In this document: one piece after another, positions 54,324 to 64,000 of the stretch
Position numbering within the stretch: position 1 is the stretch's first letter
Layout: every line of letters starts with the position of its first letter
From: a virus
Taxonomy: Duplodnaviria; Caudoviricetes
Virus record (IMG/VR): IMGVR_UViG_3300021426_000005
DNA length: 64,000 nucleotides
Reading direction: 5' to 3' (one strand)
Position numbers and translations under genes: made by a program
Notes under the pieces: model-generated
Seen by the model: only the letters and a program-made list of their open reading frames with translations
Told to the model about the DNA's origin: nothing
Databases searched by the model: none

Positions 54324-55703
54324 TTATATAGAAATTATTTCATTGTCATCATCTACAGCATCTGTCAGGTAAAAATCATCTACAACTGGTTGTGCAGCGA
54401 TATTGCAGGTATTCATACTAGCTTCTACAAGCGAATGAATCTCTGCTACAGATGTCTGTGGAGATACTTGTATATTCATGGAATTTACACCAAGAGCATT
54501 TGCGTACATTTTCGCATATGCTGTCTGGAAAGCGGCTAACTGCTGCTGACACTCAATCAGTTCATCCGATAGTCTCTGATTCTCTGCATCAAGGTTTGAT
54601 GTCTGGGATCTTACTTCTCTGCTTGCTGTGACGGTTTCACGAAGTCTGGATTTCAGATCCTTGATAGTAGACTGCTGATCGGCATTGTTCTGATTGCTTG
54701 CTGTAATCCTTTGCTTATATATAAGGTTAGCTTTTTTAAGGCCTTCAACCTCATTATTTAATTTTTTGATATCTGCGGACATTCTTTTTGTCCTTGCAGC
54801 CATAATGGACTTAGCATCTTCAGCTTCATCAAGGCTTGCAAGCACATCATCTATCTGTGCAGTAGTTATCCGCTGTATTGCATTGAACTTTCTTCTGTAA
54901 GCAGATTCTATAGTCCTTTTGCTCTGCTTTGTCTTTTCCAGGTCAGACTTTAGAGCTTTATTTTCAGAAAGGCATTCGATATATGCACAAGTCATAGCTT
55001 CGATACGCTCACCTGATAAATCAATAGAAGAAGCATTGATAGCCTCTTTTCTGGCTTCAAGGGCAGCAAACTCAGCTGACTGCGGTGCAAACTGCTGCTG
55101 AAGGATATTGATTGCTGTAGAACTTGTTATAGCTGATAGGTTGTCCCTTACAGCTGCACATACAGACTGATACTTCTTTCTGTCTGCCAGATCTGTAGAT
55201 GCCGCTATTTCCTTGAACTCCGGTATAGACTCAGGATAAGCTGGGAAAGCTACCAGATCGAAACCACGGAACATAAATGTTTCAGGGTCAACAGAATTAC
55301 CAACTATGTCGCCAGCTCCTCTGATAGAAATACCCCACTTCACCCCGGCATTTATGAACTTCTTTACAATCTGTCCGACCGGTGTATCAATCAGATTGAA
55401 CTTGGCATATACCTTGCCGTTATCTTCGATCCACATATCGGTGAGCACAATACAGCCATTCTCAAATTCCTGGCAAGCTGGATCCTCCGGATGTCCCAAG
55501 AATCCGATGAACCAACCGTATTTGATACCTTCTTTGTATTCTTCTGATTCAAGAACATTTTGCATTACTTCGGTAGTAATATCCAGACCATTCTTATTAG
55601 TGATCATGCTGTCAAGAGCTTCACCTTCATATGTACCGATAATGGAGGAATCGATCGTACTAGCCTGGACACTACGTTTTGTCTTTCCACTCATCGTTAT
55701 CAC
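54324..55703 (-). CDS. prohead protease (T4 gp21-like) fused to a coiled-coil scaffold-like region
   Basis: GFLGHP, DTPVG, GISIRGAG, FDLVAFPA. Confidence 0.85.
   Translation of the reverse strand: MITMSGKTKRSVQASTIDSSIIGTYEGEALDSMITNKNGLDITTEVMQNVLESEEYKEGIKYGWFIGFLGHPEDPACQEFENGCIVLTDMWIEDNGKVYAKFNLIDTPVGQIVKKFINAGVKWGISIRGAGDIVGNSVDPETFMFRGFDLVAFPAYPESIPEFKEIAASTDLADRKKYQSVCAAVRDNLSAITSSTAINILQQQFAPQSAEFAALEARKEAINASSIDLSGERIEAMTCAYIECLSENKALKSDLEKTKQSKRTIESAYRRKFNAIQRITTAQIDDVLASLDEAEDAKSIMAARTKRMSADIKKLNNEVEGLKKANLIYKQRITASNQNNADQQSTIKDLKSRLRETVTASREVRSQTSNLDAENQRLSDELIECQQQLAAFQTAYAKMYANALGVNSMNIQVSPQTSVAEIHSLVEASMNTCNIAAQPVVDDFYLTDAVDDDNEIISI
54718..54728 (-). promoter_or_regulatory. 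putative late promoter upstream of the major capsid gene
   Basis: Exact AACCTTATATA inside the protease CDS, about 410 nt before the capsid start. Confidence 0.6.
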
Positions 55704-55704
55704 C

Positions 55705-56046
55705 TCAACTTAAAAGTTTCTTTGTAAGACGAATGATGCCGCCTATCATCAATGTTTTAGCCAGTTCCTTGATCACACCAGATTCGATGGTATCGGAGGA
55801 GCTGGAAAAATCACCGAATGTTTCATCATTTATTTCTGCCACTTCATCAAGTGCTTCAGCATCTATTTCAACATCGGAAGCTAAAGGAGCGATCTGATAC
55901 TCATTATTACCGATAGTGATATTAAGCTGTTCAGATGTTTCATCAAGATGAATGTTATATTCACTGAGTTCATCTATCTGAGAAAGCAGATCTAAGACAG
56001 CAGAAGTTGTGAATACTAATTCTGAATCATTCATTACTATCACCAC
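55705..56046 (-). CDS. acidic hypothetical head-module protein
   Basis: Position between protease and tail genes. Confidence 0.6.
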   Translation of the reverse strand: MVIVMNDSELVFTTSAVLDLLSQIDELSEYNIHLDETSEQLNITIGNNEYQIAPLASDVEIDAEALDEVAEINDETFGDFSSSSDTIESGVIKELAKTLMIGGIIRLTKKLLS

Positions 56047-56902
56047 CTAACAATTGTATCAATGATCCAAGCTGAATCTTCCAGATTACTTGAACTACCT
56101 GATTTATGTCAACACGAATTATCTGCTGTTTCAAAATTTGACGGTTAGCTGCTACCGTCATATCCCAATTTTCCTTATTAGGTGGTACAAGCCTATATGC
56201 CGCAAGCAGACCATTGTCACCAGGATATACATAGTCAGGTCGTGACCATAGACCAGCTTCCGTTATGAATATGTGATCATATGCACCACGGAACTGTGCT
56301 AATGCACCAGTTGAAATCATAGCGGATAGAACTACATCTACGGTCTGAGGATACTCAGCTCTTGTTTCTGGTATAAGTTCACGATACACAATAGGCGATC
56401 TTGGAAATGTATCAGAAATTAATTCACAATCAACACAAACGTTATTCAGAAGAATAGCTTTAGGTCCTAGACCAAAGTGGCTTCGACCATTGTTTTGATA
56501 ACGGTCATATCCATCCGCTCCATATCCCGGAACTTGCTTCATATACTCGATGAAGTTTCTTTCTTCGGTATAATATTCGTCATTGCTTATACCAATACCA
56601 ATAGGTAATCCATCAGAATCAGCCCGTTGACTCCAAAGCCCCATAGTGCCAAGAGATATATACTTAGGTACAAATCTATCCAGCATGGCGCTTCCCTGAT
56701 TGAGTACACCGTCACCCATGAGAAAATGAGCTATACCCACAAGCATGGAATTGGTAACTTGGTTATGACCTGAATAGCTTCTTACTACCTTTCCGGTATT
56801 GCTATCAAGTACATTGAACGTCACATTTTGGTCTACGCTCATTGACTTAGCGGCTTCAAGTATTCCCATATTACGGTACCTCACTTGTTCTTGAATCTTC
56901 AT
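56027..56902 (-). CDS. baseplate/tail structural protein
   Basis: GHNQVTN...ITEAGLW...LLAAYR...VIWKIQ pattern. Confidence 0.55.
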   Translation of the reverse strand: MKIQEQVRYRNMGILEAAKSMSVDQNVTFNVLDSNTGKVVRSYSGHNQVTNSMLVGIAHFLMGDGVLNQGSAMLDRFVPKYISLGTMGLWSQRADSDGLPIGIGISNDEYYTEERNFIEYMKQVPGYGADGYDRYQNNGRSHFGLGPKAILLNNVCVDCELISDTFPRSPIVYRELIPETRAEYPQTVDVVLSAMISTGALAQFRGAYDHIFITEAGLWSRPDYVYPGDNGLLAAYRLVPPNKENWDMTVAANRQILKQQIIRVDINQVVQVIWKIQLGSLIQLLGGDSNE

Positions 56903-57107
56903 CGTGTGTTTCGGTTTCAGTATATCTATAGGAATTTAGTCCATATATTGAAACTGTGTAGGTAATATCTTCTGGAATTTGATCGCTTTTTCTTCTGTGG
57001 AGATTTGGATTTGTAAATCCTATTACATCTCTCTGAGCTTCAACAGATTCTGGATCCGTTATTTCATGCCACGGTCCTTGACCGTATTTCTGCGGTATAT
57101 CTGCCAT
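56871..57107 (-). CDS. hypothetical protein
   Basis: GGGGTG RBS. Confidence 0.55.
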   Translation of the reverse strand: MADIPQKYGQGPWHEITDPESVEAQRDVIGFTNPNLHRRKSDQIPEDITYTVSIYGLNSYRYTETETHDEDSRTSEVP

Positions 57108-57130
57108 AGTATCACCCCATATAAATATAA

Positions 57131-57159
57131 AAGGTTAGATCCTATACGGATCTAACCTT
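57131..57159 (-). terminator. terminator hairpin overlapping an AACCTTTTATA variant motif
   Basis: AAGGTTAGATCC-GTATA-GGATCTAACCTT-TT. Confidence 0.65.
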
Positions 57160-57167
57160 CATAGTAG

Positions 57168-58172
57168 TTATTTGTAGTATTCTATTAAACAACCTTTGGG
57201 GAATGTTTCTTCATCGAAAGTACAATCTTGAGATATCTTCACTTGTTTTAGCAACGTGTTAGTAAAAGATTGATCTCCTAATTTTTGAACCGTGGCTGGT
57301 ATCCTAGCGTATATCAGATTATTTGCATTTGCGAACGCTCCTAGTGCTGGACAATCAGGGGGCAACTTATTAAAAGGTATACCTCCCATTTCATCCGGTT
57401 TTATACGAAATACAGCATCAGGAAAAGGTTTTGTTAGAGCTGGGATATTTAATACCGGAGCTAAATTTGTATGTGGTAAATCATCGGTTTCGTCTATACG
57501 GAAAATGGCATCAGGTGGCTCACTTAATGCTTTTTCTGGCATAGGTATGAAATTTTCATTATAAGGAAATAGATCTTCACCTTGTATCCAAGGGATATCA
57601 GTGTAAAATGATTCATGCCCATCTGGGTAATATACTTCATCGTTGACTTGATTCCATAAACCTGCCTTTCCATCAGATCTTCGTTCCACAGGTAATAGAT
57701 CACCAATCAGTAAATTATTATCCCATATCTTGAGACTATACGTTCGTACATTTGCCTGAGTGTTACCACTACCATTATTAAATAGCCAAAAATCCCTTGA
57801 TGCCGCAGCGTGTCCTGATGCTGTGTTTGTTATGCCATTTACTGTAATAGACATCCCCGATGCCGAAATTATTCCTTCTATATCGTATACGGTATCAGCT
57901 GATACATCCGTAACATCGGAATAGCAATATATCCACGGACTGTATTGCTGTAACTGAAACCTATGGGCCGCACTATCATATGCTAACCAATCATAATATC
58001 CAGAGCCGGGTCTGCCCCAGTTGCCATGAATATCCATACTTTTGGAGATATCTAATATTTCCAACGACCATTGAAATCTCAAAACCCCTGATGTAGGTGT
58101 ACAACCTACACTCATACCTGAATTACCGCAATCATAATAGTCAACTACATTGAAATTAGCAAATTTCGGCAT
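57168..58172 (-). CDS. tail fibre/adhesin-like protein, lectin-like N-domain plus LRR-like C-module
   Basis: YSLKIWD...DLLPV.R.SDG..GLW; C-terminal AFANANNL...IPATVQKLGD. Confidence 0.6.
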   Translation of the reverse strand: MPKFANFNVVDYYDCGNSGMSVGCTPTSGVLRFQWSLEILDISKSMDIHGNWGRPGSGYYDWLAYDSAAHRFQLQQYSPWIYCYSDVTDVSADTVYDIEGIISASGMSITVNGITNTASGHAAASRDFWLFNNGSGNTQANVRTYSLKIWDNNLLIGDLLPVERRSDGKAGLWNQVNDEVYYPDGHESFYTDIPWIQGEDLFPYNENFIPMPEKALSEPPDAIFRIDETDDLPHTNLAPVLNIPALTKPFPDAVFRIKPDEMGGIPFNKLPPDCPALGAFANANNLIYARIPATVQKLGDQSFTNTLLKQVKISQDCTFDEETFPKGCLIEYYK

Positions 58173-58175
58173 ATC

Positions 58176-59024
58176 TTATTCCTCCACATATATAGGAAAT
58201 CCTGTAGCTGCTACAGTGGAAGCATCTTTTAGTTGTTCTGTAGTTAATCCTGTAACCCCACCTTGTTGACTTCCAGAAGAAATTAAGTCGGAATTATAAA
58301 TAACATGAGAGGTACCCACATTGGAACCTAGCCAGAGTATCTGGCTTCCGGAAGCATTAATAATAGAATTGGACCAACTAAAATACAAGTAGGTAGAATT
58401 TGAGGAATCACCTATTTTACCATCAATTCTACTTGATTTTAATATTGGAGTACCACTAGTATTACCACCACTAAAATTCGTTCCATTCCACTTAATAAAA
58501 CAGTTGTCGAATGTGGGATGATAATCAGCATATGGGCTATATCCTACTCCACCATTTGGATTATTAAGGTTGAAAGAACATCCTTCCAATAATGTAGGTA
58601 CATTACCTTGATTTTGATTAATTCTAAACATTACATCAGAGCCGGTATGAAACCCTGTTATTGTAATATTTAACAGATGCAATAACATACCATAGGAACT
58701 CTTTATTTGGAACAAATTGGTGTCAGTATAAGTGTTCAAAAAGGATACATTTTTAATTACCCTGGTTACGTTTGTATCTATAAACATACTGAAAATAGGA
58801 GCATTATGCCAATACCCATTTTTAATAACAACTCCATTACCGTCCCATTCAGCACAATTAAATGTTATAGATGTAGCCCCAAAACGATATAATGTATTCA
58901 TATTTATTTCTAAATTTGGAATACACTTGACGTATACATTAGCTATGCCACATTGGGATACTATCTCTTCCCATGTACTTACGATATATGGATCTTCTTT
59001 TGTTCCTGTTCCTGATATACTCAT
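58176..59024 (-). CDS. GTGT.DP-type beta-helix adhesin-like protein
   Basis: SGTGTKEDPY; ends TTEQLKDA...GFPI. Confidence 0.6.
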   Translation of the reverse strand: MSISGTGTKEDPYIVSTWEEIVSQCGIANVYVKCIPNLEINMNTLYRFGATSITFNCAEWDGNGVVIKNGYWHNAPIFSMFIDTNVTRVIKNVSFLNTYTDTNLFQIKSSYGMLLHLLNITITGFHTGSDVMFRINQNQGNVPTLLEGCSFNLNNPNGGVGYSPYADYHPTFDNCFIKWNGTNFSGGNTSGTPILKSSRIDGKIGDSSNSTYLYFSWSNSIINASGSQILWLGSNVGTSHVIYNSDLISSGSQQGGVTGLTTEQLKDASTVAATGFPIYVEE

Positions 59025-59044
59025 ATAAATCACCTCTTATTTAA

Positions 59045-60433
59045 TTATTCGTAATAATCCACCTGACAGCCAGGAGGGAAGGTTGTATTTGAAAAAGTAC
59101 AATTTGAAGATATTCTAACATTCTGGAGCTTAGTATTTGCGAAGACTTGATCCCCTAATTTCTGAACTGTGGCTGGTATCTTAACATATACCAAATTATT
59201 TGCGTTTGCAAATGCTCCAAATGCTGGAATTTCTGGGGGTAATTCGATATATGGGTGTTCAGAAACATTTAGATTTACACGCCACAGCGCTTTAGGTCCT
59301 TCACCTTCTATGGCATATTCTGGCATATCTAAAAATACACCTTTATATGGGTATCCATTATTTACAAGTGGATCAATATTCCATGCAATATATGGTAAGG
59401 GTGTAACCCATACATTTTTAGGTGCCTCAATAAAATTAACATTTGTGGGGAAATTATCCGCACCCATAGTCCAACCAGTAGTTCCGTCATCTATCGGGAA
59501 TCCAATACTCTGTAAATAGGACACATCCATGAGCTGACTTGTAGTAACCCCTACAAATCCCGATCTCAATGATCCTCCGGAATATTTATCTAGATTAACC
59601 AGAATTCTGGTAGGTGTACCATTAACTCTGGCCACGGCGGTTAGGTTTGATAAATCAATTATACTATTACTTCCTACTCCGGATAGTTCTATAGCATTCA
59701 TCGACCCATGAATGTAGGAATTCACAGGTCTGCCACAATAAATTGTACCATTATCTAGTCCATGCACTGTAATGTCACAGTCCGTAAGTAACACACCGTG
59801 ACCATCATTCCTATTAGCGGCTATAGCACCACCACGCATCAATTCAAAATTGTAACTGCATCTATAATGTTCGGAAGCACTACCACCGACCGCTACGGCA
59901 GCACTTTCAAGCCTTCCAGCAAAACTACAATATTCAAACACTCTCCCGCTTGGAGTTGCATATGCGTCTCCAGGACACCTAAATAGTGATGTATACCATA
60001 CACCTTCTTTTGATGCAGCTTCTATCACCCACATATTAATAAAGTGCAAAGATTTTATAATACCATTCTGTGGATTAGACATACGAAAAACGCAAGTGGC
60101 ACCGTCATAAAATACATTGAGTATCTTTGCATCTCTACCGTCAACGTACCCACGGAACAGGATTTCCTCTGTAACTCCGGTGGGATAGTAGTCATTGAAA
60201 TCTACCGTAAATGAATTTTCATAGTAATTATCAAGTTGCGACGCTGTAGGTTCGGACACTTCTTCTCCATTTGCATAAAAATACCTCTTCCCAGCAATTA
60301 CCGATGTATCCGCAGTCTTACTCAGAACCAGTGGAAATTGTGTATATACATCATCCGTAACAGTACATTCTAATATCTCTTCCCATGTTTCGGGGCAAAA
60401 GGGATCTTGTTGAGTACCTGTACCAGTTATCAT
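59045..60433 (-). CDS. GTGT.DP-type adhesin-like protein plus LRR-like C-module
   Basis: TGTGTQQDPF; AFANANNLVYVKIPATVQKLGD. Confidence 0.65.
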   Translation of the reverse strand: MITGTGTQQDPFCPETWEEILECTVTDDVYTQFPLVLSKTADTSVIAGKRYFYANGEEVSEPTASQLDNYYENSFTVDFNDYYPTGVTEEILFRGYVDGRDAKILNVFYDGATCVFRMSNPQNGIIKSLHFINMWVIEAASKEGVWYTSLFRCPGDAYATPSGRVFEYCSFAGRLESAAVAVGGSASEHYRCSYNFELMRGGAIAANRNDGHGVLLTDCDITVHGLDNGTIYCGRPVNSYIHGSMNAIELSGVGSNSIIDLSNLTAVARVNGTPTRILVNLDKYSGGSLRSGFVGVTTSQLMDVSYLQSIGFPIDDGTTGWTMGADNFPTNVNFIEAPKNVWVTPLPYIAWNIDPLVNNGYPYKGVFLDMPEYAIEGEGPKALWRVNLNVSEHPYIELPPEIPAFGAFANANNLVYVKIPATVQKLGDQVFANTKLQNVRISSNCTFSNTTFPPGCQVDYYE

Positions 60434-60444
60434 CTAATCCCTCC

Positions 60445-61299
60445 TTAGTATACCTTAATAATGGGAAAGCTCAAACTTCTCAAGTAGTCAGCATCTTTTA
60501 ATTGATTATCCGTAACCCCATTCATACCTGTAGGTATAGTTCCGGCATATTTTTCTGTATTTACCAAGATCATACTTGGGTTACTTCTGCTTGCTGTAAT
60601 TGAATTCGATTCAATATTTAGTACAGAAGAATTAGATGGGGCATTAGAACTAATCGAATTAATATCACAGTGGGATATATTACCTTCCATATAACAGTTG
60701 TCTAATGCAAAACTTCCTACACCAATATGATCTAGCCTAATATTACAATTCTTATTTAATGCCGTATAGTTACCGGTATCCAAATTAGCACTGGATGCTA
60801 CACAGGTTATATTATAGGCACATCTGGATATAGACCCAGCGTCAGACACCTGTGTAATTGCACAATAACTAACATTAGAAGTGGCAGCTACTAATCCAGA
60901 GAATATACAATTATAAAAGGCTCGACCAGAATATGGGCCATATTCAGTAACTTTGGAATTAACACCTATCAAAGTGGCACCAGTCGCAGTAACCTTGAGA
61001 TAAAAATTTAAGAAATTTAGGTTTTTTATACTTCCAGTGCTTTCCGAATTAGACATTATAATTGCACGAGCTGGACCTTCATAATGTGCATTTATAATGG
61101 AAGATCCGTTACCATCAATGAATCCTCTAAGTATAATACCTCCTGTGGGTATTCCATCTGGAAAATAGTCATTCAAATTAAAGATAGTATTCTGGGGCAA
61201 CACTGTGTATATACCATCAGTGGAGGTGCATTGCAGCACTTCTTCCCAGGTCTCAGGGCGGAATGGATCCCCTTGTGTTCCTGTTCCTGTAATTGCCAT
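60445..61299 (-). CDS. GTGT.DP-type adhesin-like protein
   Basis: TGTGTQGDPF; ends QLKDADYLRSLSFPI. Confidence 0.65.
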   Translation of the reverse strand: MAITGTGTQGDPFRPETWEEVLQCTSTDGIYTVLPQNTIFNLNDYFPDGIPTGGIILRGFIDGNGSSIINAHYEGPARAIIMSNSESTGSIKNLNFLNFYLKVTATGATLIGVNSKVTEYGPYSGRAFYNCIFSGLVAATSNVSYCAITQVSDAGSISRCAYNITCVASSANLDTGNYTALNKNCNIRLDHIGVGSFALDNCYMEGNISHCDINSISSNAPSNSSVLNIESNSITASRSNPSMILVNTEKYAGTIPTGMNGVTDNQLKDADYLRSLSFPIIKVY

Positions 61300-61311
61300 A
61301 GTATCGACTCC

Positions 61312-62688
61312 TTATCCAATTTCAACCACACCGTCTGGAATATCTACAAACTTTACATTTGTATAATTGAAGGCTGTAGGTGCTAGTTTAGTTACCGGAG
61401 CGCCACCAAGTGTAGCAGGGATCTGCACGGCTATGCCAGTTCCGATATAGTAAAGCACGGTTGCTTCTCCGTTAGTAATTTCATAAATGTAGTCATTTTC
61501 ATCTACAGGTTCCCATGGAATATCACCAGCATACTCCGTGTTCAGATCATTCATAGATATAGCGTCACCCAGCTCCGCCATTAACGGATTTATTCTAGGT
61601 CTGGGATCCAGAATACCAAGCTCAGGATCACTAGGTGATCTATCATCATCAATGGTATAGATATCGTATTCATCATCATGAAGCGGCGTATTATCTTCTT
61701 CCATTTGCCTATCATACCGAAGATTGTAAGCATCAGGCGTCAGCGGCTCTTTGTAATAATCATCTGGATATACAGTATCTACATCTTGTGGACCATAACC
61801 CAGAGAGAATATCGGACCAAGCAAAGACATAACAACTTCTTCATTATTACTGAGCTGCAAGGAATTCAATGCCCTATATCCCGGATTCATATTGGGATCA
61901 GTACCGCTCTCATATGTACCATCACCATGGGCTATATCTTCATAGTCACTATTTCTATACCACACAGGATTTCTTGTATCAGTAGTATCATTTTCCGTAG
62001 GTGTAATAGTTTTCTGTAGTCTTGCATAGTCAGCTCTGCGATAATGTCCGACCTGAGTAGGACCGTAGGACATACCAACGTCATCACTATTAGTAAGTCT
62101 CGCATCAACAGAAATCTTTGCTTTAGCATCAAATCTGACTCCAGCATATGAAAAGCAAAACATACCTAGTGGACGAACGTATTCAACACAGGCATCTTTA
62201 GGTACTTCCTTTGAAAAATATACTACATCAATATATCCTTCTGCGGTATGTGGGATAACAGATGCCGCATTGACAGGTATTGTAGTATCTTCTAGTCGGT
62301 TGTACAAAATGCTGTCTGCCTTCTCAATATTGTCATTACTACCATTTATATCAGCTTCGGCAGCTTGAAGTATGCGGAATTGTGCGAGGTTTACTTCTGC
62401 CGCTAATATAACTCCGTCCTTACTGCCACGGTTATATATCATCGACATAAAGTATATCAGAACTAAGCGATTGAATGCTGTAGGTAGTCTATCATCATAT
62501 CTGAAGCCCATGGTGTCTGCCAGAAGCCACACCAGCTCCTCCGGACACCGTAATGGATCATATAGATCAAAGATGTTTTCGGTATCATATTTTGTTTTCT
62601 CTAAAGCCTGAACGAACCACTCTCTGAAAAAACGGAAGTCCTGACTTTCCACATACACTTCTGGCAGCGGTATATTTTTAAGATCCAA
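61312..62688 (-). CDS. baseplate wedge protein (P2 gpI-like N-terminus) with C-terminal LRR-like module
   Basis: DPLRCPEELVWLLADTMG...IYNRGS..G; VRPLG. Confidence 0.7.
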   Translation of the reverse strand: MDLKNIPLPEVYVESQDFRFFREWFVQALEKTKYDTENIFDLYDPLRCPEELVWLLADTMGFRYDDRLPTAFNRLVLIYFMSMIYNRGSKDGVILAAEVNLAQFRILQAAEADINGSNDNIEKADSILYNRLEDTTIPVNAASVIPHTAEGYIDVVYFSKEVPKDACVEYVRPLGMFCFSYAGVRFDAKAKISVDARLTNSDDVGMSYGPTQVGHYRRADYARLQKTITPTENDTTDTRNPVWYRNSDYEDIAHGDGTYESGTDPNMNPGYRALNSLQLSNNEEVVMSLLGPIFSLGYGPQDVDTVYPDDYYKEPLTPDAYNLRYDRQMEEDNTPLHDDEYDIYTIDDDRSPSDPELGILDPRPRINPLMAELGDAISMNDLNTEYAGDIPWEPVDENDYIYEITNGEATVLYYIGTGIAVQIPATLGGAPVTKLAPTAFNYTNVKFVDIPDGVVEIG

Positions 62689-62698
62689 ACAAAATCAC

Positions 62699-64000
62699 CT
62701 ACTTTATGATCCAATCAGGTGCTACCCTGATATTGTTCTCTGATAGACCAACGTCTTTATACTGTGCAAATGATATAGGATTGAAATACTCTATATCAAA
62801 TTTGACTATTTGAGCGGAATTACCCATAATACGTTTTTCACCCCAATTGATGACTGTATTCTTAAGCGATCCAGCATCAAAGTATTTTATCTGAGGATCC
62901 GCATTTTCAATTACATCGACAACTTCCATTATCGTGGGCTTCTGTCCGAACGAGCGGTTAGCCGGTGCAAAGTGAAGAGCTAGTGCTTCTTTTACATTCT
63001 TTACAATGTTATCAGCTACATCTTTAGAAACTGGATTTTTGGGGTATATCTCTCCAATAACATACCAAGGGAATATTCTAGCATAACCAAATTCCAGCTC
63101 CACCGACATAGCCTGTAGCGGTCTGAAATCTGCATTTACCCCATCAAGGAAAGACACTGGGGCTTTGTATCTTATATAGTTGATCGCATTCTGCACCTTT
63201 GACTGATAGTCTTGGGGTTTGCTATCCAGATACTCAGAAGAAGTATAGTCCGAACTATCATTAAAATCATTGTGTATGAGATAGCAAACTGCTTTGAATG
63301 TCTGGAAGTTACAAGGGAATGGTACGCCCGAAGACGTATCTACGTCAGCCAGTATCTCCCTCCAATTGAAGGTATTAGTTTCTGCTAATGGGAAATCCCT
63401 TGCTGTAATGTACATCTTCTGCTTCTGACTTTCGGTTAGTGATGTATCAAAATAGATTGCCTGATTGATCTCTAATGCCTTCTGGCAATCAATGACCAAT
63501 CCGCAGTCAACACCAGCTTCACGATTTATAAATCTGTTGAAGTCTGGAACAGTTATCAAACTATCCCAGGTATTGATGTAGTTTCTGCTATTCTGGTAGG
63601 CTTGCTTTGCCGTTTCAGGACTTTTTCCTGTCACAGTATAGGTATGCGGTACTTCTACAGTATTAGCTAAATTACTGATAGACAAGCTCTCAGCATCAAA
63701 GCTATTTGCATCAAAGCTATTTGCTTCGGAGGAGCTGGTAGGCGGTTTCGCAGGATTGAAGTTTCCAAGAACATCTTGGCTTACGGACCCGATCACACCA
63801 GAACATTCGATCCAGTATACTATAAGATAGTTGCTATCATAGTTTTCAAGCTGATTTAGATAATTCGATACCTGAATTTGAGCATTACTGTAGTTATCAT
63901 ACGTTACAGCAAACCTGGGTTCGGGCTCAACAAAATCAGCTGGTGATGTAACTTGGATCCACTGTGTAAGTAAGAAGTCATCTGAGGATAGATTAGACTT
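62699..64000 (-). CDS. baseplate J/gp6-like protein (5' end probably outside the window)
   Basis: TGKSPET...LITVPDF; frame stays open upstream of the listed GTG as far as I read it. Confidence 0.65.
   Translation of the reverse strand, partial: KSNLSSDDFLLTQWIQVTSPADFVEPEPRFAVTYDNYSNAQIQVSNYLNQLENYDSNYLIVYWIECSGVIGSVSQDVLGNFNPAKPPTSSSEANSFDANSFDAESLSISNLANTVEVPHTYTVTGKSPETAKQAYQNSRNYINTWDSLITVPDFNRFINREAGVDCGLVIDCQKALEINQAIYFDTSLTESQKQKMYITARDFPLAETNTFNWREILADVDTSSGVPFPCNFQTFKAVCYLIHNDFNDSSDYTSSEYLDSKPQDYQSKVQNAINYIRYKAPVSFLDGVNADFRPLQAMSVELEFGYARIFPWYVIGEIYPKNPVSKDVADNIVKNVKEALALHFAPANRSFGQKPTIMEVVDVIENADPQIKYFDAGSLKNTVINWGEKRIMGNSAQIVKFDIEYFNPISFAQYKDVGLSENNIRVAPDWIIK

Noticed and set aside
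58170-58178. In-frame TAA-GAT-ATG junction suggesting read-through fusion of two tail genes
   Set aside because: A good GGAGG RBS precedes the downstream ATG, so independent initiation explains it.
57168-61299. Diversity-generating retroelement or invertible shufflon acting on the tail genes
   Set aside because: There is no reverse transcriptase or adjacent invertase in the window, all cassettes are co-oriented, and I saw no adenine-specific TR/VR pair.
63693-63722. 15-bp tandem duplication (ANSFD x2)
   Set aside because: A simple in-frame duplication in a linker with no sign of further function.
1-64000. Alternative genetic code (stop-codon recoding)
   Set aside because: Long genes are intact and tightly packed in the standard code, and I found no suppressor tRNA.

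Overview
This window looks like 64 kb of a large T4-like (myovirus-type) phage genome, probably infecting a Clostridia/Bacillota host (inference). Almost all genes are on the minus strand. From left to right it holds ThyX and small accessory genes, a large serine recombinase, an AcrVA2/FinQ-like protein, at least six orphan DNA methyltransferases, and a tRNA cluster. The tRNA cluster has 8 canonical tRNAs, several aberrant tRNA-like RNAs and one solitary type I-C CRISPR repeat. Next come an SMC-like ATPase, UvrD, RecU, an intein-containing SNF2 helicase, lysis genes, and the neck, major capsid, prohead protease and baseplate/tail genes. The most striking unexplained structure is a set of about 20 otherwise unrelated proteins, mostly at 30-44 kb, that share a basic N-terminal tag (MKRYI[KR][SA] or basic-[IV]-x-[AS]-[AS]). 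The same motif occurs in the N-termini of the capsid protein and prohead protease and as internal linkers in acidic polyproteins. Most of these genes sit behind a dedicated AACCTTATATA motif, and the cargo includes an Ocr-like DNA mimic. I infer a capsid-targeted, protease-processed anti-defence payload system. Other notable signals are a shared C-terminal (N/H)KLF tail on the methyltransferases and two phage-specific promoter motifs. All family assignments come from motif recognition by eye; no database searches were run.
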